This document shows positions 49,201 through 63,700 of a DNA stretch of 64,000 bases, one piece after another. How positions within the stretch are numbered: position 1 is the stretch's first letter; each line of letters begins with the position of its first letter. Under the pieces are notes generated by a model. It searched no databases and had not been told where the DNA came from. It saw only the letters and a list, made by a program, of their open reading frames with translations. A program made the position numbers and the translations under genes. Source of the DNA: Heterodontus francisci (lineage: Eukaryota); contig NC_090403.1 in NCBI RefSeq assembly GCF_036365525.1, positions 54,375,095 through 54,439,094 of the forward strand. The letters are read 5' to 3'.

Positions 49201-50781
49201 TCACACAGATGGGCACAGCACATATAAGTTCAAAAAAAAATAAAAACCGTATGGTGAATTTCACAAGTAAATCTAAAGAGCGTAACGTAGAGTAAGTGAA
49301 ATTTAAACAAATACACATTATGAAATTCAAATATAACAATACAAAATATTTTATTTCTATAACACAAGGTTTAAGAGTTTTAAGAGTACAACACAATATA
49401 TCAAATATAGAAATCAGAAGAGCAACTTTGAATGATATATGCAGTACTATGTACCCATCTGAATATATAGAGGTGTATCGGTTTGCAGACTGTGTGCATC
49501 GCCCAGTTATCTATTAAACACTTGACGTAAGTAACTTTAAGTAATATTCGTACGTACATGTTTAAATACACGGAATAAGTCTGTAAATGGTGCACTCACT
49601 GAGCTAAACAGAGTATATTTACATACCCACACATTTTTGTGAAGCGAAACCCCTTCTTGCTGCTTTCGGGCGCAATCACCGTTTTGATTTACAAGGCGGC
49701 AACTGTCTAACAAGTTGTGTTCTTAATGAAATTTAAGCCATTTTCAGCGTTATTCTGAGTTTGTCTTTTATATCAAACCATTTTTTCAAAAACATACTCT
49801 TCACAGATGTTATTCCGGAAACTTTAAAATATAAAATTGTAGATTCTTCGTAGAGAATGTTTGTGTGCTACTCCGCTGCTGATTCCCTTTCGGGTGTTTG
49901 GTTTAGTCATCTTTTCTTTTTGGAAAGTTTCTTCCGTTCGCTTTGTGGTTTCAATTAAAGATTAAAGCTTGGTGTTTTTATCCCCTTTTCGTGTGCCTCA
50001 AAGTTGAACCGCATCGCTGAATCACATTCTTACACAGAGAGAAAACTGCAACACAAGCACAACAAACGACTATCAGGATCTCTGGAGTACATAATACACA
50101 AGCCACCGAGATATTTATAAACATGTAATACAATATGCGAACGAAACTGTTATGGTAAATAACATTGGGAGCTAGAAATAATAATGGAAACATCTTGCAT
50201 GTAAAACGCACCGAATGCATCTTGAATTACAGTCACAATGCAATCCAGACCAGTAAGAAACATAAAACCGACCTCCGACTGAAAAGGAGAAAGCAATAAA
50301 ATTGAGTTAATAAGTGTTTAGTGAATTATTATCTGAATGCACGGATATTGGATTGCGTTTTATTTTGCTTGTTTGTCTAATTTGAGGGGGTAAATTATTT
50401 CGCTGTTTGCACGGGCGTCGAAACAAATGTTAAATAGGTGCAGAACTTTACGCATTCTTATACTTTTTATTCCTTTCAGTACAGAGTGAATCTAAAGATT
50501 ATGTGTTTCTGTTGATTTCTCTCTCTCTCTCTATGTTTGGGACTTTTCCCCATCACATGTACCGGTTTCTGCTAGCATCTCTGATTCATGGATAAGTCCC
50601 TCATGGGTGCTATTTTCCTATCAAACAGTATTGCCATTGGTCAGTCGATGATCAGATGGTTATATTTCCTGCTGTCCTTTCTGGCACTTGGCCATCCCGA
50701 ATCAAACCCATCTCGCTAACTGCTAATAGCACAGGCACTTGGACTAATACACAACAAATCATAACAGAGCACAGCCAACAA

Positions 50782-51214
50782 ATGAGTTCGTATTTTGTGA
50801 ACTCCACTTTCCCGGTGACTCTTGCCAGTGGGCAAGAGTCCTTCCTTGGGCAGATTCCGCTATATTCCTCCGGTTACGACCCTTTAAGACACTACCCGGC
50901 CACATATGGGGCTACAAGCATGCAGGATAAAAGCTACCCGTCACCCTCTTACTATCAACAAGCCAACGGAGCATATGGGTGCAATCGGACACCCTGTGAT
51001 TACGGTTCCCCCAGTTTTTATCGGGAAAAAGACCCTTCTTGTGGTGCCTCCTCCACCAGCTCCAAATACCACTCACTGGAAGATCCAACGCATTTTAACT
51101 CCGAACAACGCAAATTCGAATGTGCACAAAACAGAATTTTATATGGAGAGGTGGATGATCAGAAGAGTTCGCTCCCTGTGTACCCCTGGATGCAAAGAAT
51201 GAACTCCAGTAGTG
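50782..51214 (+). CDS. HOXB6: Homeobox protein Hox-B6, exon 1
   Basis: [32 protein letters not shown]...VYPWMQRMNS (HoxB6-type). Donor AGTG|GTAAGT. Confidence 0.96.
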
Positions 51215-51753
51215 GTAAGTTTGTACTATATACTTTTTGTTTTACATATTTGTTGGAAAACACTTTTAAAACATATTTACATTGAACTTAGCAAGAAAAA
51301 GATGAGCACTTAATCCCTTAAAACCCTTTCTTAGAAAAGAGAATTTAACATTCAATTTTTTGAGAAGACTTTAATGTATTTCAGATTAAATTATAGGTTG
51401 CTGCATATTTTGAGATTCTGAATAATTCATTAAAACTCAGCGTCTGGTAGAGAAGAATAATAAGCATATGTATAGAAAATGTGACGCTGATCTACAGATA
51501 TGAGACAAGATCAGTTGTTCTTTTCTCCTAAAGATTTTACTGCACAGCTACCAGGCCCACCGGTTATAAAATCTTAATTGAACAGAATGTAGCCATACCA
51601 TGAATGGAAATCATTACTTAGTGTTTCAGGATCGAAAGTGCTCATCAAACAGTTTGTGAACCTGAGTAGTTTAACGCATAACGTCCAATATAATCAATGT
51701 GATTCACTTGTTATTTATATGCTTCAATTCTATTTCCATATTACGAGTAATAA

Positions 51754-52119
<366 letters not shown>

Positions 52120-54209
52120 AAACAAGAAGAAAAAGAAAGAGGAACGCTATGCAGTTCTTTAATTAAAAATGAATATTAAAAGTTTACATTTTGTTTGCTG
52201 TTGCGCACCAGTGGAGTTGTATATTTCTGTATTTGTTGTGAGATTTATTATAAAGTTATGCATTCCTTTGGTCTAGCCAAGTCGGCATTATTTCACATTG
52301 GTGTCAATAGTTTTAAAACACTAGAAGTATTCCATGAATTCTGTATCTCAATTGAGCTGTTGCAATATTGTGATTTTTTTGACGTTTGTCTCAGCTCTCT
52401 AGTTAATTATGGTGTATGTTTTTGTGCACTGTGAACAACTATTTTTGATTTATTTTATGGATGTATGCGTGAGTGTGTGGAAATGTCTGCGTGCGTGTGC
52501 TAATTACACAATGAGCTCTAAATATTGTATTTTGGATTGTTTTCGTAACGGAGCGAGGAAAATAAAAGCAAATGTCTTAAGAATTGAGTAAGAAGTTATT
52601 TTTTTATTTGTGTTTTGGTTAAATTAATGTGATTGTAGCATGCGTAATAAATTTTAAAAACCGAGGCATCCTTATCTGGAATGATAATAAAAGTTTTTCT
52701 AAAAAAAAACAATCATGTGTATTTTTCAATTCAAGCATCATAATATGCATCGAAACCATTGGTGATCTGACAGAGAGATGCTATGAAAACTAAAAATTTC
52801 AAGATCGCTACTCATAGCTTATCTAAGTCTAGGTTGTAATCTATCACAAAACAAAAAGTAGGCAGTCCTCATTGAATTTCTCATAATTGATTTATCTCTT
52901 ATGATTTCCCTTCAAATTTAAATTTCATTCCAGTAATCATCTTATTGCCCACATCTAAAAATCAGACTGGATTATACAAACATTACTGGCTAATGACACC
53001 TACGCAAATCTTTGAAATTCTCAACCAGTTTATTACAGAGAGAAAACGTAGTATATTGCGGCTTTTAACAACTGCTTCCCTGGTTTCAATAATTTTGTTC
53101 TCCGTGAATGCTTCTCGGCACGCGCCTTACTAAACGGCCCAGTTATGCCATCGTCTTACTAAAGCGTATTTTTTTTTAAAAAGGAGTTTGAGCACAAGCG
53201 TAGCCATAACCATGCATGTCCGCAAAAATCCACCAGATTCAGTATAGTGTATATTAGATGTTAAATCCTTCCTCGCACAAAATAAAACAACGTTGTGTCC
53301 CAAAATGCTGAAGTCGCTCTGCTAATTATTCACCGAACCCTCTAGGAGGTAAGTTGCACTGAAAGACTTGTGCCGATGCGGGAAAAGATCGTATCACGAT
53401 ACTGAGGTTATATGTATGCAATAACCCGAGGAAAGGATTCGTGTCTCCGGGATCCCAATTAATATCATTCATTTAGCATTTAAGTCAGAATAATTACATG
53501 GTAATTTTTTAAAAAGCATATTATCTCCGAATGGCAGAGGTGGTGCAAAGTAGTCCAAACGTGTATTTTCTGATGTTAACTCCTTCAAAACATAGTAATG
53601 AAAATAATTGTACAATCCGCGTAGCCCATGGAGTGCACCAAGGTGCAAATTAGAACTTTCTAAGATTTAGTCCGCCCCTTGTCTTGAAAGGGTCTGGGCA
53701 ATTTTGCTACAAAGTTTTTTTTTAATGTATAACATACTTTATTCGCACACATTACCACGTTTCAGAACGAACTTCAATCCCGCAAACACACAGGAACGAT
53801 AATATTTAGCATATAATAAGGCTTACATCGACAGGACCAACCGTAAGTCAATGAACGCGTACATTTAACTGACTAGTCAAGGATGGCAAGTTAATTGTTT
53901 TTAAATGTATCTGGTCAAAAACGAAATAAATTGCTCCTCTCCAAGTATAGCTATAAAACGTGATTTCCAGCTCAATTGCAAGATAATTGAATAGCCGTTT
54001 TATGTTTAGCATTTTGATTTTTTAGCACTCTTAAACAAATGTATTGTCAAAGGTTAAATAAACTATGTAGCAAAATGCAATACAATGCTGGAATTTATTG
54101 ATTTTGAGGTAGGTAAATTTAAAAGGTAACTTTTTGTTGTTTTATTAATACAATAATAGCAATGTTAATAGATAAGCAATGACCTTAATGCGTGTAATTT
54201 AGACGGAGC

Positions 54210-54223
54210 CCAGTAGGTGGCGC
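54210..54223 (+). promoter_or_regulatory. CTCF motif at the HoxB6|HoxB5 boundary
   Basis: CCAGTAGGTGGCGC is a full consensus match. YY1-like GCCGCCATTT lies about 15 bp downstream. Confidence 0.75.
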
Positions 54224-54264
54224 GCTCTGCAAACCTGGCCGCCATTTGGAGCCTTGCATTCACA

Positions 54265-54510
54265 TGGCGTAACGATTGTTGGATCGTCATTATTTGTAAC
54301 CATAGAGCATGAATTACCCCTTGAGGTCATCAGTGAGAATTTACGACTGGTCAACAAAAGCACGTGATTCCGACTCGCACCCCCCATATTTGGCCGCATA
54401 CATAGAAGCGAACGAAGTACAGTCATTTCTATAATTCATTAATATATCATAAATCGTGCAGGACTGGGTTATAACGACTAACAACCACAAATCAACCCAA
54501 AAAAACCCAA
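54265..54510 (+). promoter_or_regulatory. Hox5 highly conserved promoter/5'UTR element
   Basis: TTATTTGTAACCATAGAGCATGAATTACC..GTCATCAGTGAGAATTTACGACTGGTCAACAAAAGCACGTGATTCC..CATATTTGGCCGCATACATAG, recognised as the block conserved upstream of vertebrate PG5 genes. Confidence 0.8.
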
Positions 54511-55045
54511 ATGAGCTCTTACTTTGTAAACTCATTCTCCGGTCGCTATCAAAATGGCCCGGATTATCAGTTACTTAATTATGGGACGAGCAGCTCCGAG
54601 AACGGACCATACAGGGATTCAGGCACCATGCATTCAGGCACTTACGGCTACAACTACAATGGTATGGACCTTAGCATCACCCGTTCAGCCTCATCTAACC
54701 ACTTTGGAGTGGTTAATACAGAAAAGTCCAGAAGCTATCCTCCAGCTACAGAAACCAGGTTCAGGCAAGCAGCGAGCTGCACCCTCTCATCTCCAGAACC
54801 CCTTCCTTGTTCCGGCAAGGACAGTCACGGAGTCAAGGGTTCCCCATCCGATCCGACTACCTCCTCTAGTTCAGCAAGTAATTTTACAGAAATGGACGAG
54901 GCCGGAGCATCCTCGGATGCCGAAGAGGGCACTCCAGCCAACAACAACAACCATCCCAGGGCACAGCAAGAACCAACACAAGCAACAACACCAGAACAGC
55001 AGCCACAAATATTTCCTTGGATGAGAAAACTGCACATTGGCCATG
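54511..55045 (+). CDS. HOXB5: Homeobox protein Hox-B5, exon 1
   Basis: [25 protein letters not shown]...YGYNYNGMDLS...PQIFPWMRKLHIGH. Donor CATG|GTATAC. Confidence 0.96.
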
Positions 55046-55775
55046 GTATACTTTCATTTTATGTTTAAATATTGCTCTGTAGTCAGGTAATTCATGGGGT
55101 CCTATTGTGCAACCTTGGTGACACAAAATGTGAACAATATGTGTTTCATTGATCTGCAGAAACTTAACTAAACATTTTCCGCAAATTTAATTTAAATCTG
55201 TAAACCACAATTTTATAACGTGCATGAAAAAATAATGAGCAAGTCGACCAACAAAACTCAGTAAATATTAAAGTAATGGTATTTAATGCGGATAAGTTGT
55301 AAATATTATATATCTAGGATGCTAGTGTATAGAAAGCTACGACTTGTACTGCACGATGAGCATAATAACAAAGAGAACTGTGCAGTAATCCTGAACAGTC
55401 AGCGTTGCTGTGACCCATTTTCATGGATCTGTTTGCAATTTCAGACAATTTTTTTAAAGGTATGTGCATATATGTGTGCGTGTGTGTGACCGTGTATATC
55501 TGGTGTAAGTATGTGTGTGCAGATAATTAGAAGCACAGCCGTCAAGGCACAGGTTACATAGTCAGACAATGAAAAGGAAAATGATAATTAATAGCAATTC
55601 AGATTGGGGACAATGTAGTTTCATTTTGACATACATACTTGCCCGGAGAGACCCCGGGGAAGGTAATACTCCAACTTTCAAGGTCTAACATTCTGATTAT
55701 AAAAAATATTTTTTTCAGTAAAGAGATAGATAATTCAGCATGGATAAAAAAAAACCTTCCTGTATTTATTAGCAG

Positions 55776-56026
55776 ATGGTATGGGTGGACCCGACGGGAA
55801 AAGAGCCAGGACTGCTTATACTCGTTTTCAGACGTTGGAGTTGGAAAAAGAGTTCCACTTCAACAGATATCTAACCCGACGGCGGAGGATAGAGATTGCC
55901 CATGCTCTGTGTCTCTCAGAACGGCAGATCAAGATTTGGTTCCAGAACCGGCGAATGAAATGGAAAAAAGACAACAAGCTGAAAAGCATGAGCATGACTG
56001 CCGGAGCAAGCGCCTTTCAACCCTAA
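55776..56026 (+). CDS. HOXB5: Homeobox protein Hox-B5, exon 2 (5' boundary 55776 or 55773)
   Basis: Acceptor TTATTAGCAG|. Encodes [79 protein letters not shown]. Candidate polyA signal AATAAA at 56703. Confidence 0.96.
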
Positions 56027-57549
56027 CAAATCAAATGTAAAAATAACAGACACCGTGCACCAGTACTGTACAGCGAGGCACCTTTTCCCGTGTGTTGTTA
56101 AATATTAAAGACGACTTAAACTTTTCTGTGGTACTGCTAACATTTTTTTTTATTTTAATCTGTGTTGTCCTTTCGCTGTCCAATGCTTGTTGCTGTCTTA
56201 CATATGTCTGTGTCAGTGAACTGTTGGTGCTCTCTTGAAAAAGTAGCATGGTTTTTTTGTGGATTGTAAATGGTATAACTTATTTATAATTGACACAAGT
56301 TGTACAATTTGATCTTCCTTCCCTCCCACACGCTGATAAAAAGCTAAAATCTTTGTTCTTGCACTATCACCTCTCCGAAATATAACCACCTTCTTGTAAG
56401 TTTCTGTCCTTAATGCTTTCCGTGATTTTAAGCAACGTCCGTATGTTGAAATTTCATGTAGAATTCTAATCTTTGTTAATACATGTGGATAGATTCTGAA
56501 ATCAGCGACGATTGTACACGATTATTTAGTGAGTTATAATGGTTGTAAATAATACAAAAAAGTTTATAATGTTGCCTATAGCTAGTCTGTAATGGGCAGA
56601 GTGATGAATGGCATATTTTCTGTGGAAATGAACGACAACTATGTTTAGCTCCGACAGTATGTTGCCAACAAGCTTTTTGTATTTGTTTGTAGCTTAATTC
56701 GAAATAAAGTAAAAGTTTCTCATAACCACCCCTGATCTCTGTAGTGTAATATGTTGACTGTAACTAAGCTGGTATCTTACTACCTGGTGCAATGCGTGTT
56801 ACTGCATCTAGGGAATATCTATTGTTAGTATCTAGTATAATAAATATTATCAGGTGTGTTACATCTTAATATTGCTACATGTTTTGTGATATCTTAACTC
56901 CATGTACTGTGCATTTTATAATGGCACATTAACAGCGCACATAATGAATTTTCATTAATTAACATATATTGATTGCTTCTCGTTTAATATATTGTGATTA
57001 ATTCTATAAGATATTACTATAACATAACCTTACTTGCCTCACTTAGTTAACGTTTCATCTTAAATCCTAAAGCATATCTGTTACTGTTTTGCGTGCGCCA
57101 CTGTGTGTTGCTCGCTGATATTTAAAGGCGGTATTTATGTGATTTGACTTCATGCATTTTGGAATTTCTGGATCTAACTGAACCCGTCATCTTCAGTCTA
57201 AGCACTTCAATAGGATTGTTTTCTATTCGCTGTTGTCGTGTATATCCGATAAAGGGGTTCTCACACTTGATTTCTACACCATGCCCCAGAGAATTGTACA
57301 GTAACAAGATGTACTGTTTCGAAGTTTGTCTATACAACAAACTACACACGTTCCTTTGTAAATCTCATTTTTGTGCAACAGGTAAACCTTAGCTTAGTTT
57401 AAACTCAACTTACCAAAAGAACGTCCAAGTGCTTATCTGTAGTTGATAAGTCACACAGCAAATGTTAGGTCTATCCTGCAAAGTGCATGCTCCCCTTGTG
57501 AATATAACAAACTACATATACAAGAATGACATTGGGATGTCAAATGAAT

Positions 57550-57720
57550 TGGGTATTTATCTCAAAGTTAGATCGTAAAAATCGCCCATACCGCAGGCAG
57601 ATACCCCTACTGGCTCTCAAAAGTCACGTGGGGTCGTTAAAGTTAGTTTTATGGTTCTGGGGAGTTGACAAGGTACAATATATTTCACATTCTGTATAAT
57701 GTTAGTGACGCTGAACTTTA
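57550..57720 (+). promoter_or_regulatory. Conserved-type element/distal promoter downstream of HoxB5
   Basis: ATCGTAAAA, GTCACGTG E-box, GTCGTTAAAGTTAGTTTTATGG, TTGACA and TATATTT. I recall this arrangement from the Hox5-Hox4 interval of vertebrate clusters. Confidence 0.65.
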
Positions 57721-60700
57721 TCTGGCTGGGTTTGCAGACTGTAAGCGTATAATGTGACTAGTCTTCCAGAGGAATCGAGTAGGACTCCTTTACCAGACCT
57801 GTAGGGTCCAAAATCTTTACTGACTACAGTTAAAATGGAACTGTACAGCTCACGGTAAGTTACGTCGAACTATAAACCAGGACGCGTATAACTCCTATCA
57901 ACAGCGTCCAGAGAAGTTTCCAAAATGGGAAAAAAATCTTTAAAAACGTTTAATGGACAGTACTGCGGAGATTGTAGCTTTTACATTTATATATTTTTCT
58001 ACCTTTTAGCCAGTGCACTGTAAAGAAACCTGAGATATGGTGGACAGGATTAATAGGCCTCATTCCTAGCAACTGATTGTTTAAGTAAATTTAAATGTTC
58101 CTGACGTTTTATTGGGTTGACATTGAACTGGATTAGACTGTATATATACTTATACGTATTGGATCTCGATGGTTTGAAAGTGTCTCTGGTGTTGTATTCT
58201 CTGGTAACCTTTCGTCTTGCGTTCTGCAAACTCACTGCGCGATTGAGAATTCGTTTCTTCCGTGCATTTAATGCAATTACAATAATTTACTTTGATTTTA
58301 GCGCTTGACTTGTAAATCTGTGGTTCGGAACAAAGTATAAAATAAATATGAATTTGAACTGTTTGACTGTAGGCAAGCGTAGGGGTTGGGGTGCTCAAAC
58401 ATGTTCGTAGTTCTAGTTTTAATCCAATATAAAGTTTACTCTCGTTAATAATCCAGATACAAAACGTGGCTCATCGTCGATGCTGTCTCTTTTTTTCTAC
58501 CTTAACTTCATTTTATGTTCAAAAAATTAGCAACATTCTTTTAATTTCCTGGAAAAAATCATTTTGCTGTAAAATGGGCAGTTCAACACTGTCCCATGTG
58601 GTTTAATGTATTTTTTTGTAGTGTTTACATATATTGTCTAAAAAGGAAATCAGCCTTTTGAGGAAGGCCGTGTGCAGTCAAGGACATCTTTTATGATTAT
58701 TAAAACACTTCCTTGGTTTATTGGTGTTCCAAATGTTAATTCCCCCACTAACTGAATACCGAAGGAATAATAATCACATATCTTGTTAAATTAAGGAGTC
58801 AAATTGATCGCCCTTGTTTTTAATGTTTAAAGGAATGCACATGCAAATTTATGTTTGTAAATACGTTGCAAGTTTTTGCAAAGCTTATGTGAAAAATACG
58901 ACTCTGTTTAAAAGCAGCCATGTTACAGTGACGTCTAATCTCAAAATGACCCTTAATGATATTTTGTAATTGAACTACCACCCCGCCACCGCCCTCCCCC
59001 ACTGCCTCACCTTCGGTATCTCGCACTTCTGTTTTCAACGCTTGATCAGTAGGTTTGAGTTAGGCTGTGTTTTCGGACCTTGGCCTAACTGAACTATTTT
59101 GGAACTCATAATGCCTTCAAGGTGAGCAAGGGAACAGCAGAAATGTTAACCTGCCCTATAAAGCCTTAGATATATATTAGATATAAAAGAGGACAGAGGT
59201 GTATTTTACATCCATCACCAATTGTAAAATACGATGGACTAGCAAAATACCTTCAATATAAGGTGGCATACTTTCCCAAACAATTCAGGATTCAGTGGTG
59301 AGACCCAATCACTACTTTTAAATTACAGCCTTTAACTTTTTTTTTTGCTGCTGTCAGTTTTGAATTGTAGACTTTTAGCCTCTATAAATGTCATCGTTTT
59401 GAAATGTGACGCTTAAGTACGACTAATTGAACGTTGCGCAGATTTTTATACGAAAATTTTTCCTTTGGGGTTTCAAGTTGAAGTGAGAGACAGGGGAATA
59501 GGTGCTATATCAATTTGTTAGGTTAAAGAGATTCTTAACACAAACAGATATCCTTTGATCCTGCAGTAAAGAATTAAGTACAGACTAACGTTTTATAATT
59601 TAGTTATCTTTTTATTTATATTCTGCACTTACTTACTGTATGTTACAGTGCTTGGATACTGTCACGGTGTGCTCTTATCAATAGTAAAGTTGGAAACATA
59701 TCATCCTTACTGTACTAGACTTTCTGTCACATTAAACTGACGGTTGTCTGCATATTTTGACGTTCATTGTAAAGATTACTTGTGCAATCACAAACCAGTC
59801 TAAGGAGAAATGTAGATACATAAGAGGAAAATTATACTTTGACATTTCTCATCAGTAAATGTCAAGTTTCTCACCCGTTGATAATCATTGTTGTGACATA
59901 GTCCTCGAATCCGTCAAGTTTTTAATTCTCGCCGCTTCCGGTGTGCAGTTTGAGAGCGTGGGAGGGAGCTTTTTAAATCAATGTTCGGAGTCAAAGTTTT
60001 TTTCCTCAGAATTTAGAAATGTTTCTGTCATCTTCTTTATTGCTTTTCCGCGCTGATAGCTGAGGAAATCCAGTGGGTAAACAGGAAAACACATCCCTGA
60101 TGGAGGAAGTACATTGTGGTCTTGCGTTTCATTTCCCATTTTATTCATAGTGTTCGGTGTAACTGATTGATTGCTCTTCAATGTTCTGTAGTAAAATGGG
60201 AAAAAGCAACAATTAGTACAATTTCTTTTCCAATTTCTAAATATATATTTTACACGTGGGTTAGAGTGTTACGGCGAAAATAGTTTAAGGTTTTGAGTTT
60301 CGGGTAAACCTGTTATTCGCAATTATTATTGTTTTCCTCAGAAGCAAAATAATCCGTCAATTTCATATCCCACCAACCAACTTCTTTTCAGCCTTGATGG
60401 TATCCTACACTTGGCCCTTCACTTAGGTTCTTCAATCTGATTTAAAGGCAGGATGCTCAGGAAATACATTAGTATTATAGTTTATGATTGGTGTTGGAAA
60501 GAAACTGATTGAGCATAAATAATTACAGAAAGTGACAAGAATCTACGGGCTCTTTGCAGATATTGGTACGTAATTAAAATATACCAAACCTAAGAATGTT
60601 ATAGCTGAGTGTAAGAAAGGGGATATTAAATAACACCGAGATATACAGCGAGAGAGAGAGTGAGAGATTGGGATTTTCCCTATTGTAGAGTTCCAATTGG

Positions 60701-63700
60701 AGCTAGCAATGTTAGGACGAAAACTCATTGCAAATATTTCATAATTAATTACAAAACACAAATAACCATTCCACCCATTCCCAATCTATTTAAGATTATC
60801 GGGCCTCCCTTCCTCTCTGTAAATCAACGCAGGCACAAACGTTTATAGTGCGAATCAATAGTCAACTGCAACATTAATAATTTGGTTTCAGCGAAAGTGG
60901 TGTCGTTACTTCCCCCTTCTAAACACAGATGTATTTGCTCCTGATACTATCACAAGCGAATTATCTGTTCCATAGAAACGTACAGGATCGATAACCATCC
61001 CTATCAGGTTAACTGCACAGTCTAAAGGTGAAGCATTTTCTTTGTTAAGGCTTTTAAGTGGTATGCATCTGGTGCGCTTATAGGCACTGGATGGATTGGA
61101 GGACTGAGTTAAGGTTGTAATTTAGGGGAAACGGGAACAAAAGGCAGTCACACAAACGCGCGACGGAGTAATAAAGGTGTCAGATGATTATATCGCCGTA
61201 TTAAACATCTAGTTGCAGGCGCATAGATAAAAGCATTCATATCTCATACGTTATCATTAACTCTTCCCCGCGGTTTCAACCGCCAGTAACTGGGATCACT
61301 TTAGGCCATAAACCGGCACCCTATTCCAGAACGTGCGACCTAAGCGAGGCTAGCATACATATCATGGTCTAATTAAATGCAACACGGGCATAAGGTGAGA
61401 TCTTAAATTACAGAGCACTGGTATTTTCGATACATCTCCTTCACTTAATAAATTGAAAAATGAAAAAAAAACGATAAACCCTAATATAATTGGTATCAAG
61501 CTACATAATAATTCTCATACTCTAGAAAAGGCTTTCGTGTTTTTATGGTACACAGGCCGTGCAGATTTGTTAACCCCCATTGATTTAAACAAAAAAGGTA
61601 GGTTGATGTCTGATATATGTGCATTTCATGACGGAAAACCTTTTTCGTTTAGTTTGAAAAAGTACTACAAATAGCCAGAACTGCTTTAAACAGTATTCGT
61701 TATCCACCATTTACAGTGCAACACTATAACTTAATTTAATTGATTCTAATTTAGTTTCATTTAATTTTAGATTGCATTTAAGATTCCGAAACTATTACAC
61801 AATCTGATGACAAAGATAATATAAAACCCTTGTTAATGCGTCATCTCTTGAGGGATTATTCTGATGACCTGCTTCTCTATATTAAATATACTCCGCTTTT
61901 ATGAAACAAGACACGATTACTGCTAGTCAAACGTCACACGGAACCCACAGTACAAACTGACACAATGCTTTCGAAAAAAAACTTTTGCTACTGATAACTT
62001 GAAATATTTTGCCGCTGTAAAAATCGGACTTGAAAGCAGAATTTGAAATAAATACGAACAGAATCTGGGGAGCTATTTTACACATGTAACGTGTCAGATC
62101 CGCCACCAGAGCCCGCTTCAGACCAAGTTCATAGTCATTATGCGTCTCCTTTCTGCCACAACGCTTACCAGCCTTTCCATTGCAGTTAATCTGGCAGAAC
62201 AGAGTCGGAGGAGTCTGTTTGATATCTTCCCAAAATGTTCTACTTATGCACTATCAGCAGTTTTTAAGTGCTGTAGTCATTTGTCTCTTCAAAACTCACC
62301 CTTTCAGTTTGCATATTTTTCCTGACGAATAATGATATAAATTCATTCAAACAGTGCCGGTAAGAAAAAAAGAATACATTCTTGAAGAGTTCAAACCCAA
62401 CTTTTAAGAAATTCCAGTGCTTCAATAAAATCTTTCGATTTCTAAATTATATGTATTAAGTGAAGCAGCACTAAGTTTAAAATAAAATAGAACCTCGTGG
62501 GGGAAAAACTAAACTGTACGGCAATACTGTCTGAGGATTGCGATGTTGAAACTGTTCATGGGGGCTTGTTAGTACAGCATTATAGCTAAGGGGTCAAAAA
62601 GTGGAGGGTCAAAAGTTTACGTCGTGCGTGACTTGGTGTTGTCTGCTCAGATAGACCCAGTTCGATGTCAATGGTAAAAGGGATGATCTTGGCTATCGGC
62701 ACAGATGAGAAAATGATACCGCGGTAAGATGTGGAAGTGGTGGTAGAGTTTAGCGGTGGACAACAATCTGAAAAGTATGTAAAATAAGACGAGGGAGACG
62801 GAGAGAGACAGACAGACAGAGAGAAGTCGAGGGGGGGGGGGGGGGGTGTTGGTGGCGGCTAACTATCCTGATCACGATCTGTGCAAAAACAGGGAGGATT
62901 AATTGATCTCTTTTATCGGAGACACTGCACAATAAATAGAAATCACCAGATCCACGACGGAAGTGGTTGTGGTATAGGTTATAAGAGACTTTGAAAACAC
63001 AAATAATTCCCGCCAGATGTAATCAGCTTTCCTTTCAAAAACATTTGAGAGTCGAGCTGTATGGAAATAGAAGCGGTTTATTTAAAAATGTTGACATGAC
63101 GGAAAAGGATGAATAGTAAATGTCGGTTGCAATATCATCGAGTCAAGTTTAAATTACACAAGTTAATGTGAAAATGACACATAAAATAGGAGCTCCCATG
63201 TATATTCAGGAGATTTTCAAACTGATATAGTCTTGACATGTGTAGCTATAAATGGGGAGTCATGAAATCAAATAAAAGTAGAGACAGAGCTTTGCAACTA
63301 ATTGACGAATTGCTGGGGTTTAAAGTGTCACATAAAGAAAAGTCAGTCATTAAAGGGAGTAACACAAGACCCTACAATTATTTTGCATATTCTCAAACAG
63401 GGGAAGATTAATTTCTTTCATTTCTCCATGCATTTACTTTCGGGGGTTTCCCCCTGTTACCTGCTTATAGACCTCCAGAATAAAATTTAGCTCTCAGCGC
63501 CCAATCAGAAAGAATAGGGAATTTTGATTAAATTCTACAAAAGTAACAAAATAAGATTGATCTAGCTCCTTGCCATAGGTCTCAAATCTATTTTAAATTA
63601 ACTCGATATCAGTCTCCTTTAATTATCATTAGCGTGCATTTTGCTGTTTCCTATATGACGACAATGCACCATTTAAAAAAAAATTCCACCAAAAATCTAC

